Positions 49,740 to 62,399 of a stretch of 64,000 nucleotides of DNA are shown piece by piece (the stretch's first letter is position 1; each line of letters begins with the position of its first letter). A program made the translations under genes and the position numbers. Source of the stretch: Marsupella aquatica (lineage: Eukaryota; Plantae; Marchantiophyta); the NCBI GenBank assembly GCA_973895155.1, contig OZ316893.1, forward strand, positions 23,148,015 through 23,212,014. The letters are read 5' to 3'. Below the pieces are notes generated by a model, which was not told where the DNA came from, made no database searches, and saw only the letters and a program-made list of their open reading frames with translations.

Positions 49740-50345
49740 CTTCCAGGCGGATGTCTCCCTTCAGGCTCCACAGATGTTGAAGTAAATCATTTCTCAGGGC
49801 ATATATTCCAACTCCCAACATTCTCCAACTCTCTTGTGGCAGCTATGTAGTCTTCCCAAGGCATTCTTCCTCTGTGCACAATCAATAAAGGACCAGCTTG
49901 CTCTCTAAGATCTTCATGCTCCTCCCCTCTTTCATCCTTAATAATCATATTGTGCAGAACATTGCAAGCCATGAGAATTGTGTGCACTCTATCCAGATGC
50001 CAAGATAGTGCTGGTTGCTTAACAACTCCCCATCTTACTAGCTTGAAGAACCCCAAAGGCTCTCTCCACATCCTTTCTGGCAGCCTCACTTGGCACAAAA
50101 AAACATTTATTTTGTGTTTGGGGCTTGTGAAAAGTTGTCACAAAACAAGACCACTTGGGGTAAATGCCATCCACCAGGAGGTAAGCTCTCTTGCACTCTG
50201 TGCCATTGCTTCTGTAGTTCAGCTAGTCATAGTGCTGATGCAACATGTCATTCACCAGAAGAGTACGGTCCACAAAATTTCAGTCATTGTTCCCGGCAGG
50301 CAAGCCAAAGAAAACATGCAAAGTCCACAACTCTTGATCTTCTGA
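49740..50345 (-). pseudogene. PIF/Harbinger DDE transposase fragment
   Basis: DQELWTLHVFFGLPAGNND*...AYLLVDGIYPKWSCFV...ARKDVERAFGVLQA..RWGVVKQPALSW...ILMACNVLHNMIIKDE, the catalytic core of plant Harbinger transposases; stops and frameshift present. Confidence 0.92.
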
Positions 50346-51026
50346 TGCATTTTTGTTTGCTTACATACCCCAATAGCATAGAAAAAAGCATTATTAAAAC
50401 TCAAAATGAATAACTGACTAGCTTAATATTGTTGATTTAAAGTGACCACAATTATCATTACTAATCTTCATTTGATTTCACCTGTCAGTTAAAGAAATCC
50501 AACAGCATGCACCTTATCTAGTGACTGTTGTGCACAAATGTCCACCATCTGACTTTGCTGTCCATGTTCATTGTTATCTAAACATGTACCTTTGAATTTC
50601 TGGTTTTTTGTGGTTCCCATGTCTAGCTATTTGTTTGGTCTTGTGTCAGACATGAACATGAAAGGTCAAGTTTGTTTTGTTATCTCAATGATAAACGCTC
50701 ATGTTTGTGACAAAAACTGATCTTGTGGTTGCACTTGGTTTCAGGGAATTTGCAATGCAGTTCCCTATGGGCTTCCCATGAGGGTGTGCAAATAAAACAT
50801 TGCTGGGGCATGTTCATTTCTTCAACAGGTTACAAACCATAAACATGAGAACAAATGAAGGTGTTATTCCTCACTCAACTCAGAGGAAAACCCGGCCCAA
50901 AAATGAAAATACTCACATTCATTTGTTGGAAATAAAGGTTGTTTTACAAATAACAAGTGAAGGACAAATTTTCCTTCTCAACTCTTGATTTAAGGTGTCT
51001 GGTCATTATTCACTGTGGAAGAATTA

Positions 51027-51324
51027 TGGGGGCATTTCAGCACCAGTTTGCCCAAACCTACATGGCAGTTGGTGGGTCCTAATGAGTGAAGGTCACCACA
51101 TGTACACCATTTTATGACCATTGTTTAGACCACCTCAAGAGGTGGTCTAAGGTCTAAAATTTTGGCCACTCAGTTGCTTGAAATGCATTGATTGCATTCC
51201 CCACATAGGCCACTTTGTTTGTGATAGGCCGAGAAACTAGATTTTAGGCTGAAAGTGGTCCACTTAATTTGGTATGGCCGGGAATTGTACTATTGTTGGT
51301 CCACTTGTAGTTGTAAAGCCCCCC
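51027..51324. mobile_element. Tourist-like (PIF/Harbinger) MITE ~300 bp
   Basis: Imperfect TIR tgggggcatttca / tgtaaagcccccc, TTA on both sides; homologous to 41327-41593. Confidence 0.65.
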
Positions 51325-52016
51325 TTAGTTCCATTTCCTTTGACAAACAGTCAGTAAGATGGTCCCATTCCAACCTTTCTTAAAGTATGTCAAGGACAAA
51401 TGGGATGGACAATATCTAACTCGTTTTAAAGGCAAAGAAAGTTCATAAATACTATTCAAATCATTCAGTAACTTTTGTACATGTCTCAACCCTAGAAAAA
51501 CCAATTTATTGGGTTTACTTAGGATGTACGTACAATGCTCGCGTCCCAATAAGTCCACATGAAAATGTAGTAGCCTAAGTATACCTGACTAGTAGAAGGA
51601 ACAACACTCACGGATAGAAAAGAACAATGGGGTTTATCATGATATGGAAGATCTGTTCAATGTTTGGGCATGTGCCACATGGCATAGTCCACCGAATGGC
51701 ACTACTTTTTGAATGATTTTCATTTACCTCATACTACAGATCCCGCTATAGATATAAAGGACCAGATTTGGTGGACTAGATTCAGGTTTACAACACAATC
51801 ATATCCAGTTCTAGTAGATCTATTTGTAAAGTCATGATTTTTATACGCATTGGTGCTTGTTTTGAATTTTTTAATGCAAAAATTTCCTTTTGTGCTGCCT
51901 CAGTCACTTCGTGTCAATTTTTGTCAAGAAAAAGCCACCGGTCATGCCTGGTTAAACAAGTTTGCAGATAGGTTTTTCTTGGAAAGTCATTTTTTCCTTG
52001 GAATTGGAAAGTCATT

Positions 52017-52744
52017 TTTTAAGGGCAAGCGCCCAAGAAAGTTCTTAACTGGAGAAGCTGAAAAAAACAGTGGCCCCCGTCTGAGAGGAGGAGAGAGGAG
52101 AAGAAAAAACCAAAAATAAGGGGGCCCATAAGAGGGAGCACCCCCAAAGAGAAGAAGAAGGGTCAAACCCAATGGGACTGCCTAAAAGGGAGGAGGCAGA
52201 ACATAGAGGAGAGCAAGACCCCCCGAAAGTAGAGAACCGCCCACCAAACTAAGCCTAGATAGCAAGAACAATGCTCAAACATAGGGAGCAACCAAAAATT
52301 GCAACCAAAGCTGGACATCCAGCTTGGAATCTGCCAAGGAAACCGCCGAATTCCATCTGCACAAGCTTCCAAACACCACAACCTGCCATTCCGCCAACTG
52401 CTCAGCAACAGCCAGAAAATTGCCAACAATGCATCCCCGCCCACAACTCTCCAAGAGCAATTCATAGTCAACCTGTTGGACACCAGCCCTAGAGCCCAGA
52501 CTAGCCTCAATGACTGATAGACCGCAATCCAACATAACTCCTAATTTCCAATAGAGCATTGCATCAGAGCATGATGGATGAGAGCTAGTTGATACATTAT
52601 GAACGGAGTATATATGCCTGAATCAAAAGACCACTCATTAGGAGCCAATCTGAAAGCCACCAATGTATCACAAAAAATCGAAGGGTAGCCAATCATTCTC
52701 AACCTTGAAAATTGATGCTCAATATCTGAGAGCTGCATTGTTCA
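52017..52744 (-). mobile_element. 5'-truncated LINE 3' end
   Basis: The minus strand ends ...gggcgcttgcccttaaaaaa after a pyrimidine-rich 3' UTR; 9-bp TSD AAAGTCATT at 52008-52016 and 52745-52753; residual ORF fragments. Confidence 0.6.
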
Positions 52745-53041
52745 AAAGTCATTATCTTAGCAGCTGAATCTGTTGTCTTTCTTTTGCTTCTTGTCTCTTC
52801 ATAGGTGTGACCACCACAAACCATGAAAGCCAAGGAAAGCTCTCTGTCGTGCGCATGCACATCGCTACACAACATACATCGCTTGTCACATACATCCAGA
52901 CATAGTCACACTGCCACATCACAAACACAAGAGAATGGAATACAAGTGGAACTCATGTCTACACATGTCCAAAACTCACAATTGCCCCCCTAGCTGGGAG
53001 TAAGGTCCCCTAACTCTCGCTAGCCATGAGTTCTACAAGGT

Positions 53042-54756
53042 TGATATACACCTTTTTAGGTGTGAAGATCAGGAGGCCGGGTGCAAGTGAGCCCCATCGA
53101 TCACCTACTTGCAATCCATATCTTCCAAGAAGTAGTGGATCTTACCACCCAGTGTCCTCACCAATCCCAGCACTTACGCCTAAGTGCCCTTCCCTGGGCC
53201 CTTAGTGTTACTAATACAGGGAGGACGTGCGAACAATGCAAGGGTATTTTTAATGTAATGCAAACTAATTTTTATAACAGTTTTTAAAGTAGGCAACATC
53301 CCTCTATATACATTCACCACAATATTAGTAATAAGGCAAGAATCAAATACATGTCACATAAATCTTATGCAAGGGTACCCAAAATGCCAAGTACACGCGT
53401 CACTATATGGTTGACACACATGTCATCACTTCATTTGCACACGTGTCCATATAGTAAATCAGATATTTAATTATTATCATCTTAAGGCAAGTTTGGTTTC
53501 GTTGGTCCCCTTATGGTGGAACAAATGGGTTAAGGTAGACATGTTTACCCGCATGTTTAGGAGTTAAGTGGGGAGTTGAGTAAATTTTGGGCCAGGATCT
53601 TTGGGCCCAACTTGGTTGGGAAACTGGGATTGATGGGGATCCATGGATTAATCCCACATGGACGGACAAGATTACTTTTGAATTCCCTTGAATCAAACAG
53701 CCATGTATGAGGCCAGATGTGTTTGTGTATTGAGGGAGGGGTCTCGAGCGCTCAAACAATGTTTGTTATAGTTGGTTCAGACTTTGAAGTATTATTCCTG
53801 GATTATACATATATAGTACTAATGAAAACTAGAAGTTCAGAGGCACTTTTGCGACCACTAAGACAAAACTGCAGGTCTATGTGTAAACTATAGGAAGAAC
53901 TATAATTTTCTCTCGTCCTAATTTTGTTTATCTATATAAAATATGTACCTTGAACATCGAGCATAACATACAAGTCCCCTATGAAAGATAAAGTTTTAAC
54001 TATTTCAGTATGATATTTGTAATTCTAAAAATTCAAGGGTGTTTTCAATTCCTTGAAAAACTCTATTATAATTTATAAAAGGATAAAATTTAATAGGAAA
54101 AGTTAATATTTTTACATTAACAAGGGGATTTTTTTTGTGAACAAAAATATTAAGAAGGGGTACACGGGGGGGTATCTGTTCTCAGGGGGGTTTCACTTGA
54201 TATAGTAAGAGTGAGGGCCCAGGGGTGCCCTTGGTGCCTGAACGCCTCCACGGAATACCTCGAGCAAGCATCCAAGTGCCTCTAGCACCACCAGCGGCCA
54301 CTCCCATACGAAGCCGCACTTGCTCACCTACACGACCGCTACTCGACGGTCCTCACTATCTGCACAAACAACTAAGCACCTTGGTAAGCAACCCCTTCGA
54401 ATCTAGAACTCGCCAAGTCTAGCATCCTAACTCAAGCTCAATAGATGTTGGTAAATAGGTCAGCAATAGCTCTTCCCGATGCCATAAGCCGGAACCAGAA
54501 CCCTCGCCCACTGTCCGTCCAGGACAGCTCCTTCCTTGGGCGCGGCCCGGGTTCCCCCTCGTACCTATCCATCACCAACTGACCGCCCTGACCTCAGGAC
54601 ATGCTCATGGCCCAAATAACGTAGCTTGTCCTAAAGCTTGTCCCAAGCTTGTCTCAACACGCCGGGACCAGAACGGCCCTGACTCTAACATCGACTCCCG
54701 GTTTGCCCCACTGATGGTCTAGGGACCGAGCGCTCTTGGGACTCAGCCTCCATACC
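53042..54756. mobile_element. Second copy of the 23170-25353 LTR family (partial, inverted), split by a DNA transposon
   Basis: 53133-53191 and 54225-54756 match the reverse complement of 24773-25347; TGATAT at 53042. Confidence 0.7.
53192..54224. mobile_element. Non-autonomous TIR DNA transposon, 1033 bp, 8-bp TSD
   Basis: TIRs ccctgggcccttagtgttacta / tagtaagagtgagggcccaggg; TSD GTGCCCTT at 53184-53191 and 54225-54232; an uninterrupted site is visible in the homolog at ~25285. Confidence 0.9.
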
Positions 54757-54840
54757 ACAGGTCCAACATCCTGACTGCTGTCCAGCATAAGAGGGCACAG
54801 GTCTCTGGCTGGTAGACTCTCGTGGAGTAGGCTTCTCCCT

Positions 54841-55838
54841 CTAGCTCTTCCGTGCAGTAGGTTGTGGTGTGGATGTAGATACAACTTTTGGTGCTTCCTT
54901 GGCAAATCTGGAAGTCACCGCCTTCTCATTCACCATATTGAGCTCAATGCACTCAGAAAGTGTAAAAACAACTGCTAATGTGAGATCTGCATCCCTAAGC
55001 AAAGTGACATCTCTCACTTGCGTCGTAATTCTTTGTCCAAAATTGCATACCAAAACTGGACTGCCTGAGCCTCTATCACTCCCTTGGTGACAGTGATCAA
55101 TCTGCGCATACGAGTGTATGCCTCACGTAGACTCTCTCCAGCCTTGTGCTGAAACTCCTAGAGACCCTTCAATTTATCAGTTCTCACACCCTGATAGTTC
55201 CGCTTCAGTACCTCAAAGAATTCCACCACAGGGTTAAATGCTAGCGCAACTCCAGTTCCTGTCACAATCACACCGGAAGGAGCAACGGTGGATGGTGTGT
55301 CACTCAGGCTAGTGCTGCTAGAAGAAGTAGCAGTTGTGGCAATGGGTTAGACAGTCGCACTAGTGCCATAGGTGATGGACACATAATTAGGGGACCAATG
55401 CTGCCTCCATGCCTCAATCTCAACCAAATGAGCATTTCAAAACTCATGGTAGTCATCCATGGGTGGCCCCTCCAAATGTTGAAATAATCCCTTCCATGCC
55501 ATGAAAGGGGTAAACAACGTGGCGTTACGCAATGTCTGCATATCGCACCACGTATCAAACTCCTGGATGAAGTCATCCAAATCAATCATGCCAACTGCAC
55601 CAGGATATCATCGTGGGCCCTTCATAGCCCCGTACATCTCGTCCATATCCCACAACAAAGGTGCAACCACCTGATGACGAGGAGAACTCGTCACTGAGTC
55701 CCCGTCGAAATCATTGTCTAAAGCTGCACTACTGACTGCTACCAATGTTGATGGCCAAAACTGCGCCCCACTCCGAGTGAAACCGGTCCGTCGTCCATCG
55801 GGTAGCCCAGCAGCACCAGAAGAATCCGTGGTGACCAA
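54841..55838 (-). pseudogene. Ty3/Gypsy gag remnant
   Basis: ...GFTRSGAQF... DLDDFIQEFDTWCDMQ...AWKGLFQHLEG... EFFEVLKRNYQG...EFQHKAGESLREAYTRMRRL...FWYAILDKELR (retrotransposon gag Q-x-x-E-S-L-x-E/Y motif); stops and frameshifts present. Confidence 0.75.
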
Positions 55839-57500
55839 CCTAACCTAATCTATGTGCTAACCCTAAGGGCAATCTGTCCCTGCCAGCACCACAAGCACTC
55901 ACCATGGTGTGTTGGACATCACTCCAACATCACCATGAGAGAAATACATAGCATAGCTAGAGTGTTCGCTTAAAAACCCAAATCACTCCTATGGAATCAA
56001 GCGCCCACACAACACTAACATGACGCATGGGCAGGAAGCATGTGTGGAGGGATCCAACAACAAGAAGCGGATTTACCTCAACTCTCCACACCAATCAATC
56101 AAAAAATACGTGAAAATAATGTTCATATAGTTCAATGTAGGGCCTTCATAATAGGCCTCAAGAATCCATTGCAAACTAGTTCGAACAGAGTAGCTAGATG
56201 AATTCAAAAGTGCATAAAACCCCTAGGGCCTCATTCCTTGGACACCATGTACAATGCACCACATAGGAACTTGCTAGTTAAGCGCATGAGGGGAGGAATA
56301 GCTTTGAGATGGGTGACCTCTCACTTGTCATTATGCACCAAATCTGTCACTCCAAAATGGCAGCACTTGCAATTCTCCTCCTCACGTACTAGCAACTTGG
56401 CTTGCTGGCCTGCCCGCTCCTGCTCCGCCCTCACGTCCCGAGTAACCACGAGTTGCCTCGAAGCCTCAAAATGCCGAGATGAGCCAAAGAGTGAGCCCTT
56501 CATGCCCGCAACGCTTTGCTACGTCGGGGCTCCGTTTGGATTCGACAACATCTACACTTTATTTCTTCACGGAAAATGCAGGCGATGTCGTTGTGCGATT
56601 CGGCAACATCCATGGCTGTTTCCCTTGCGAAAACAGCAGATCGGCCGAAAAAATCTGCATACGACAATGATGTAGGTGTTGTCGACCTGAACTTTGGCGC
56701 TACTTCTTTGCAAAAATGCAGGGTTCAATCGGCCTTCTATTCACGGCAAAAATAACAACATTTGGCCCTCGTTTACTTTCATGAACTCATAGATCCGCAT
56801 CATACAATCGTAGATCTATCAACATCCGCACCTCAATAGGCCCAATGTACTTCACAAAAATGCGGACAGCAACATACTATTCGTCAAAATGGCAGCACAG
56901 AGCCCAGATCGACACACTATCTCCTTGCAAATCTGTGATCTCCAACGATCTGCGATCTCTCTTCTCAAAACAACCCGCATTTTCCAACTTGGCAACAAAA
57001 CATGGACTGCAGCAGATCAATAGACTAACGATCTACTCAATGCAATCTGAGCTACCACGGATCCACGCAGCAGATCCAAACGATTTCCACAAACCGTCGC
57101 CAACTCGATCGACACAAAACAAACTTCTGTTTGCACAATCCGCACAACAGATTTTGAATCTCATTTTTCAATGTAATCTTCACAACAATTGGCACAACGA
57201 TCCCGGTCAACAATACCCCATCGATCCCACACCGATCCGATCACACATGTATGTTGAGCCAACGCACCTTGCACTCAAGGAATCCATGCTACATAGAGAG
57301 AGCTCTCAACCACCATAGCCACCACACAAGCTCCCCTCTCCAAGGCTCAACATTGAAAGATAACCTTTCAATGCCTCACAAGAGAGAACTACCCTCTCAC
57401 ACAAACCTAACGGAACCTTATCGGCTCATATAGCACACATACCAAACATACGGATCTAGATAGTACAATACACTCTAACACTACCTAGAATGGTGTGACA
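55839..57500 (-). mobile_element. Putative 5' LTR/leader of the Gypsy element
   Basis: The minus strand begins TGTCACACC at 57500, a common Gypsy LTR start, and leads into gag; PBS not identified. Confidence 0.45.
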
Positions 57501-59719
57501 TCTTGTTTGCAAACGGTCAGGCCCAACCCGGACAAGCAGGTAGGCAGGATACACGTGTTAAATATTGTCAACATGTATACTTTCTCAAGAGACAAATTAC
57601 AGGAGAATTCAGCAAATATGAGAGAGAAACATATTATTTGTGATCAGGCAGAAAATATCATGAGGTAATTAGAAATTGGCCTCCTCATTTGGTTGGACCT
57701 TTTATTCATTGCATTGTAGGCAAAATGGTTCCAAAGGCTAGTGGTAGGCAACGAGAGTATTTTGTTGATTCAAAGGACGGTGTTTTCTAGCATCCCCACC
57801 AAGTGGGACTAAGTATACCAGGCCTATGACCAAAGAGGTTTGGTCACAAAAGCTGAACTATTGCAAATGCCTCTCTTTAGTATTGTAAATTGTATTTTGG
57901 AGAATTGTATGCGCAGAATGTAGAAAAGATTTGGAGGCATTTTCGGACCCCCACCACAAAGCTGAACTGAAAGTTTAGCCAATGATCAACTACATCAGTA
58001 CATCTACTCCGTTGGCTAAGATCTGCATTTAGGCTTGGTGTAAGCTTGATGTTGCATATGTAGTGTTGACTACCATCTGATAACAAATGACTCGACAAAA
58101 TGAAAGACCTATGTTTTAATTAGTTGATGTTGTTGATGGACTCTCTGTGGTTCTTAATTTGTGAATCTACAAATACCCCTTGATGGATATTCACAATTTT
58201 TGGCAATTACGTCGTGCGAACACACATCCATACACAACTCACATCGCGGCACACCATGTAAACAAGAAAAAGATAATCACACGACACACAACACATGTAG
58301 CGAAACAGGACCCCGCCGCAAGATATCACTAAGTCAAGCCAAGCTCACCCGCTAGCCATACGGGACTCCAAGTCTATACACATAGCAAAATCCTGCTAAT
58401 GTCGCTCTACATGCCAACCGGCATAGTTACACTCTCTCTCTATCACCACAACCACACTCACATGAGCTCTACTAGTGCCGGGAGGCTCAACTTGGAAGTC
58501 AGAATGAAGAGCGAATCCCTCATTCTCCAAAGTATACCCCCATGGCACAAAGACATGGTAACCTGGGTGAAGAGGTCACCCTTACCAGGTGACCTGCTAT
58601 ACCAGGTCACCCTCCCTAGCTCACAACACATGTGCAACCAACAAAGTTGCAACCCAAATGCAACATGGGGTGACACTTATAACTGTGATATCCAGCCAAA
58701 AGTCTATCTGCAATAGTGCAAGGAGGTGCTCCAGATATAAACAAAATAATATGATGACCAAGTATGGCGACTCAAATGAAAAATGCTATGGACCAGTTTT
58801 GCTGTGAATTTGATAGAATTGTGGTTGCTAAAAGTCAGTTTGTAATTGCCTTTCAAAGACCTGCAAGTGAGTAAACTTTAATTATATAAAAGGAACATCC
58901 TTATGATAAACACCTGATTTGAGCGACAAAGATAACTCTAGGAGTGACTGAAAGATGACACAAAAGATTTCTGATCAAGAACTGCAGGTAGGAATTGTTA
59001 GTAAACATCCTATACAAATACTAGGTTGAGTGATCAATAATAAGGTGTGGTAGAAATAATAAAAACTCTAGATTATTTTCTCTCCAAAACAGAGGAATTT
59101 TAATTAGGTCAGGATGGCACATGGTATCCTAAAGAACACAGTAAGTGAAGTTACAAGACTATACCCTCTTGTCAAATTGGCTCAAAGGTTCCCTTATTTA
59201 AATGTCTTTGTTACCAGCATGGACGAGCATCACTCCTCTAATTGACGCTCAATAACCCATTGTTTCTCAGTGGGAACCAACCCTAACCATGCGGGATTCC
59301 AACCTAGAACCAAGGGTGTATCACCCTGCATAAAATTTTCATGAAAAATTCAGTCAAGCTTGAAGTATATATCCATCTTGATAGGGATCATGAGCTCTAA
59401 CCCCTTGTGCTTAGAGTTATCTTGCACGCAGCCAGCCTTCAATTCTTTGGTCTTTAAAATTCCTTGAGCTGCCAGGAAGAGCCTATTGTGATGACCACTA
59501 GATCTGCTGGTTCTGCTATATGAATTGGGCTTAGCTTCATTGCCCTGCTTTGTTGCTTCCATGTAGATGTTTTGCAGTGAGGGACAATAAGTTTTAAAGT
59601 TGGGACCTTGGGCTGAAACATTATTTTGCTGACTTTGCACTTGGATGTTTTTTGCTTACCAAGAAGTATGTCCACCTTGGCTAATGAGGCAATTCAGACA
59701 CTAGCTTCTCCTGCACTAA

Positions 59720-60075
59720 TACTATGCCAAACATTTGGTTCAGGGCTGCAAAAGGAACGGCCAGTTACATGCAAGACACCTCTTAGATGAGTGAATATTG
59801 AAAACAGCATAGTGTTTGGAAAGAGCCCTCTATTGGGTAAACTCTGTAATATTGGCTTTACCGTCCAGGCTTCTCACGAATGCCATGCCAAACCATTGGT
59901 TTAGGGTTGCAAATTGAAAGGCCAGCTACATGCAAGGCACCTCGTAGATAGATAACCGGACCATGTTTCTTAGACCTCTCCTGCCCTTCCTTTGTGGCAA
60001 TTAATTACATAATACTTTGGAGGAGCCCTCCATTGGATAAACCCTATATTGGCTTAGTTTACTCTCCAGGCTTCT
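59720..60075. repeat. Diverged tandem duplication ~160-190 bp
   Basis: atgccaaac..ttggtt.aggg.tgcaaa..gaa.ggccag.tacatgcaag.cacctc.tagat...gagccctc.attgg.taaac.ct occurs twice. Confidence 0.75.
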
Positions 60076-60657
60076 TGATCACCAACTCCATCCATGCCCA
60101 CAAAGGAACTGAAAACATGCCAACAAGGCCGTCACCTTCTCATACGGCCCGAGATAGCAAGGCAAAATGAATAATAATTCATAGAAGCGATGGATAGGGC
60201 TTGGTCGGGCACATAAATGCAGTTTGGGTATTGGTTATATAGTTAGTTATGTCGGTCCTTGCTATTTCCATAAGCTCTTGTCCAGAAACTTGTGATTGGT
60301 AGCTTTTTTCTATAGGGCATTTACGTAACATTAAGAAGGTCTGGGCTGGGGTTTGAGTCTGAAATCTGCTCCCAGAATGCTCATAAAAGCTTTATGGCTA
60401 CTATCACGTATTGTTGGTAAACTTTAATTTGCTCTCTGGTCACACGGTTCAGCCTAGTAACTCCCTGCCTAGACCTTTATTATCCTATACTTCCAGCCAG
60501 GCAGTAGTAGTAAAGCACCGGGCAGATTGTCATCTGTGTTTTCAGTTGTAGTACTAGCAGGGCGTGCAAAACCTGAAGGGCTGCATAAAGATCCCCAGTC
60601 TGAGAGTGTGAGTTACTGACTGCAGACATAAGTGATAAGACAAGCTTTAGCAAGTCC

Positions 60658-60838
60658 GCCACTTTACTTCCCAGACAACATGTGTAACTGTGACCAAAGC
60701 CAAAACCCAGAAGTTTTGAGACCCGCTAGTAAGTAAGTACCATTTAATGCCACTTTACTTTCGGGAAAACATGTGTAATTGCAACTGAAGCCAAATCCCA
60801 GAGGTTTTGAGACCCCAGGCTAGTAAGTACCATTTAAT
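60658..60838. repeat. Tandem duplication 2 x ~91 bp
   Basis: gccactttactt...aacatgtgtaa.tg...aagccaaa.cccaga.gttttgagaccc...taagtaccatttaat occurs twice. Confidence 0.85.
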
Positions 60839-62129
60839 TAAGTTGTTCTGATGCAATCTTGTGAAGTGGTTCAAGTGTTTAGTTGTTCTTTTTCAGTGTC
60901 AAACCCTCAGGGTTGCAAAAAGATCCTTGGCTCAAAAGCATTAGTTTGAGGTACATGCTTGATGGGACCTATGACATAACTTTTTCTACCTGATAGGACC
61001 CTTTGAAAGTATTGTTAGCAACTAGGACCCCTCTGACACTCTTGTATCAGAAGTTCTTGTACAGTTCCTATAACGAGTTTTTGCTTGACACTATGGCCAA
61101 CACCAACTGTTGTGAAATTTATGGTGAACCGTGCCTGAACTATGAACAACACTATCAGAAATGAGACCCAACCTCGGACCGTCAATATACGATAGGGATA
61201 ACCGTTGAATAGTGGTCGTTGCCCAGACTGTGATGTGACTTAAGTGAAGACAATATGGTTAATGTCTTCCGGTTATATTATTTATCGTAGCACAATTTTT
61301 GTTAATTTTACTTTCAGACAAGCTACCTACAGTCCATCATGAAAAAACTCTTGATAAAACTTTTTCAAAATGCAATTAATTGATCAAGAAGAAGGGAAAG
61401 TCCTGATAGCATGGTCAGCCCAACCAACCTTTTTTTGTCAAGAAATCCAAATGGCCCAAGTTTATGGACAGCAAGAGAATGTTTGAATAGCCAGAGATGA
61501 TGAATAGCAAGTCAGAGGGGGAAGAAAGTACTCCACACACAGACAAAGTTAACATTTCTAAATAACCCAAACATCAAATGTCAGTGGTGTTTTTCCAACA
61601 TCGTGTAGCATGCCATGATCAACAAATCCCGGTTCATGAACAGATTGCAAGAGCCTCTCAAAAGTCTCAAATGTCATCAGTAAGCAATAATCAAAAGCCT
61701 AAGCCCATAAGAAATCACCATTGCCATTGCCTCCGCCCGTATTGTAAAAATACCAAAATCCATGACAAAACAATGATCGGCCCTAAAATCAACAAGACAA
61801 AATTGCCACTACCAAACCCAGTTGATTTGAAGACATTAACCATAATGTCTTCACAAAACACAGCAAGAGTGCGTTAGTAAACTGTAGGAAATTGCAAAGG
61901 GTGACCTTGACTGCAAACAAAATGACTTGGTAAATTAACGACGTGGTAAGCTGAGGCAAGAAACTGTGTAGTTCTCCCATTTAGAAGAGTGTCCTATACT
62001 GCTCATTAAGAGGGGTCCAAGTAATTAACAAAACTTTCATAGGGGCCATCACATAAATTGTTTTTGCCAATTGTTCATCACGCATATACCTTGCATTAGT
62101 TTGGGGCTTTAGTCTTAAACCACCACTGT

Positions 62130-62280
62130 CCATATAAAAGGAGAAGTGTCCAATACTTCTCACTTTTTCACATTTCTCTCTTCTAGGGTGAGACTTTGCT
62201 CAACACTTTCAGGAAAATGGTACTAAAAATGGTGAAACTTGATGCATCCAGGTTTTGTCATGGACAGTGGCACTTTAAGT
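62130..62280 (+). repeat. Dispersed repeat family copy 3
   Basis: ccatataaaaggagaagtgtccaatacttctcactttttcacatt...gagactttgctcaacactttcaggaaaa...ccaggttttgtcatgg matches 19084-19230. Confidence 0.75.
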
Positions 62281-62399
62281 ACTAGGACAAGCTTTTGCGA
62301 ATCCCTTTTGTCCAGAGGAAAACCGTGTGACCCTGACCCGGAGGCAAATCTGAGGGGTTAGAGAGCCCCTACTACAGTAAGTAAGTACCGTTTTTTGAA

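Noticed and set aside
57570-58110. Downstream exons for the 40016 exon
   Set aside because: Splice-like sites exist, but the frames contain stops and the implied intron is only ~55 nt.
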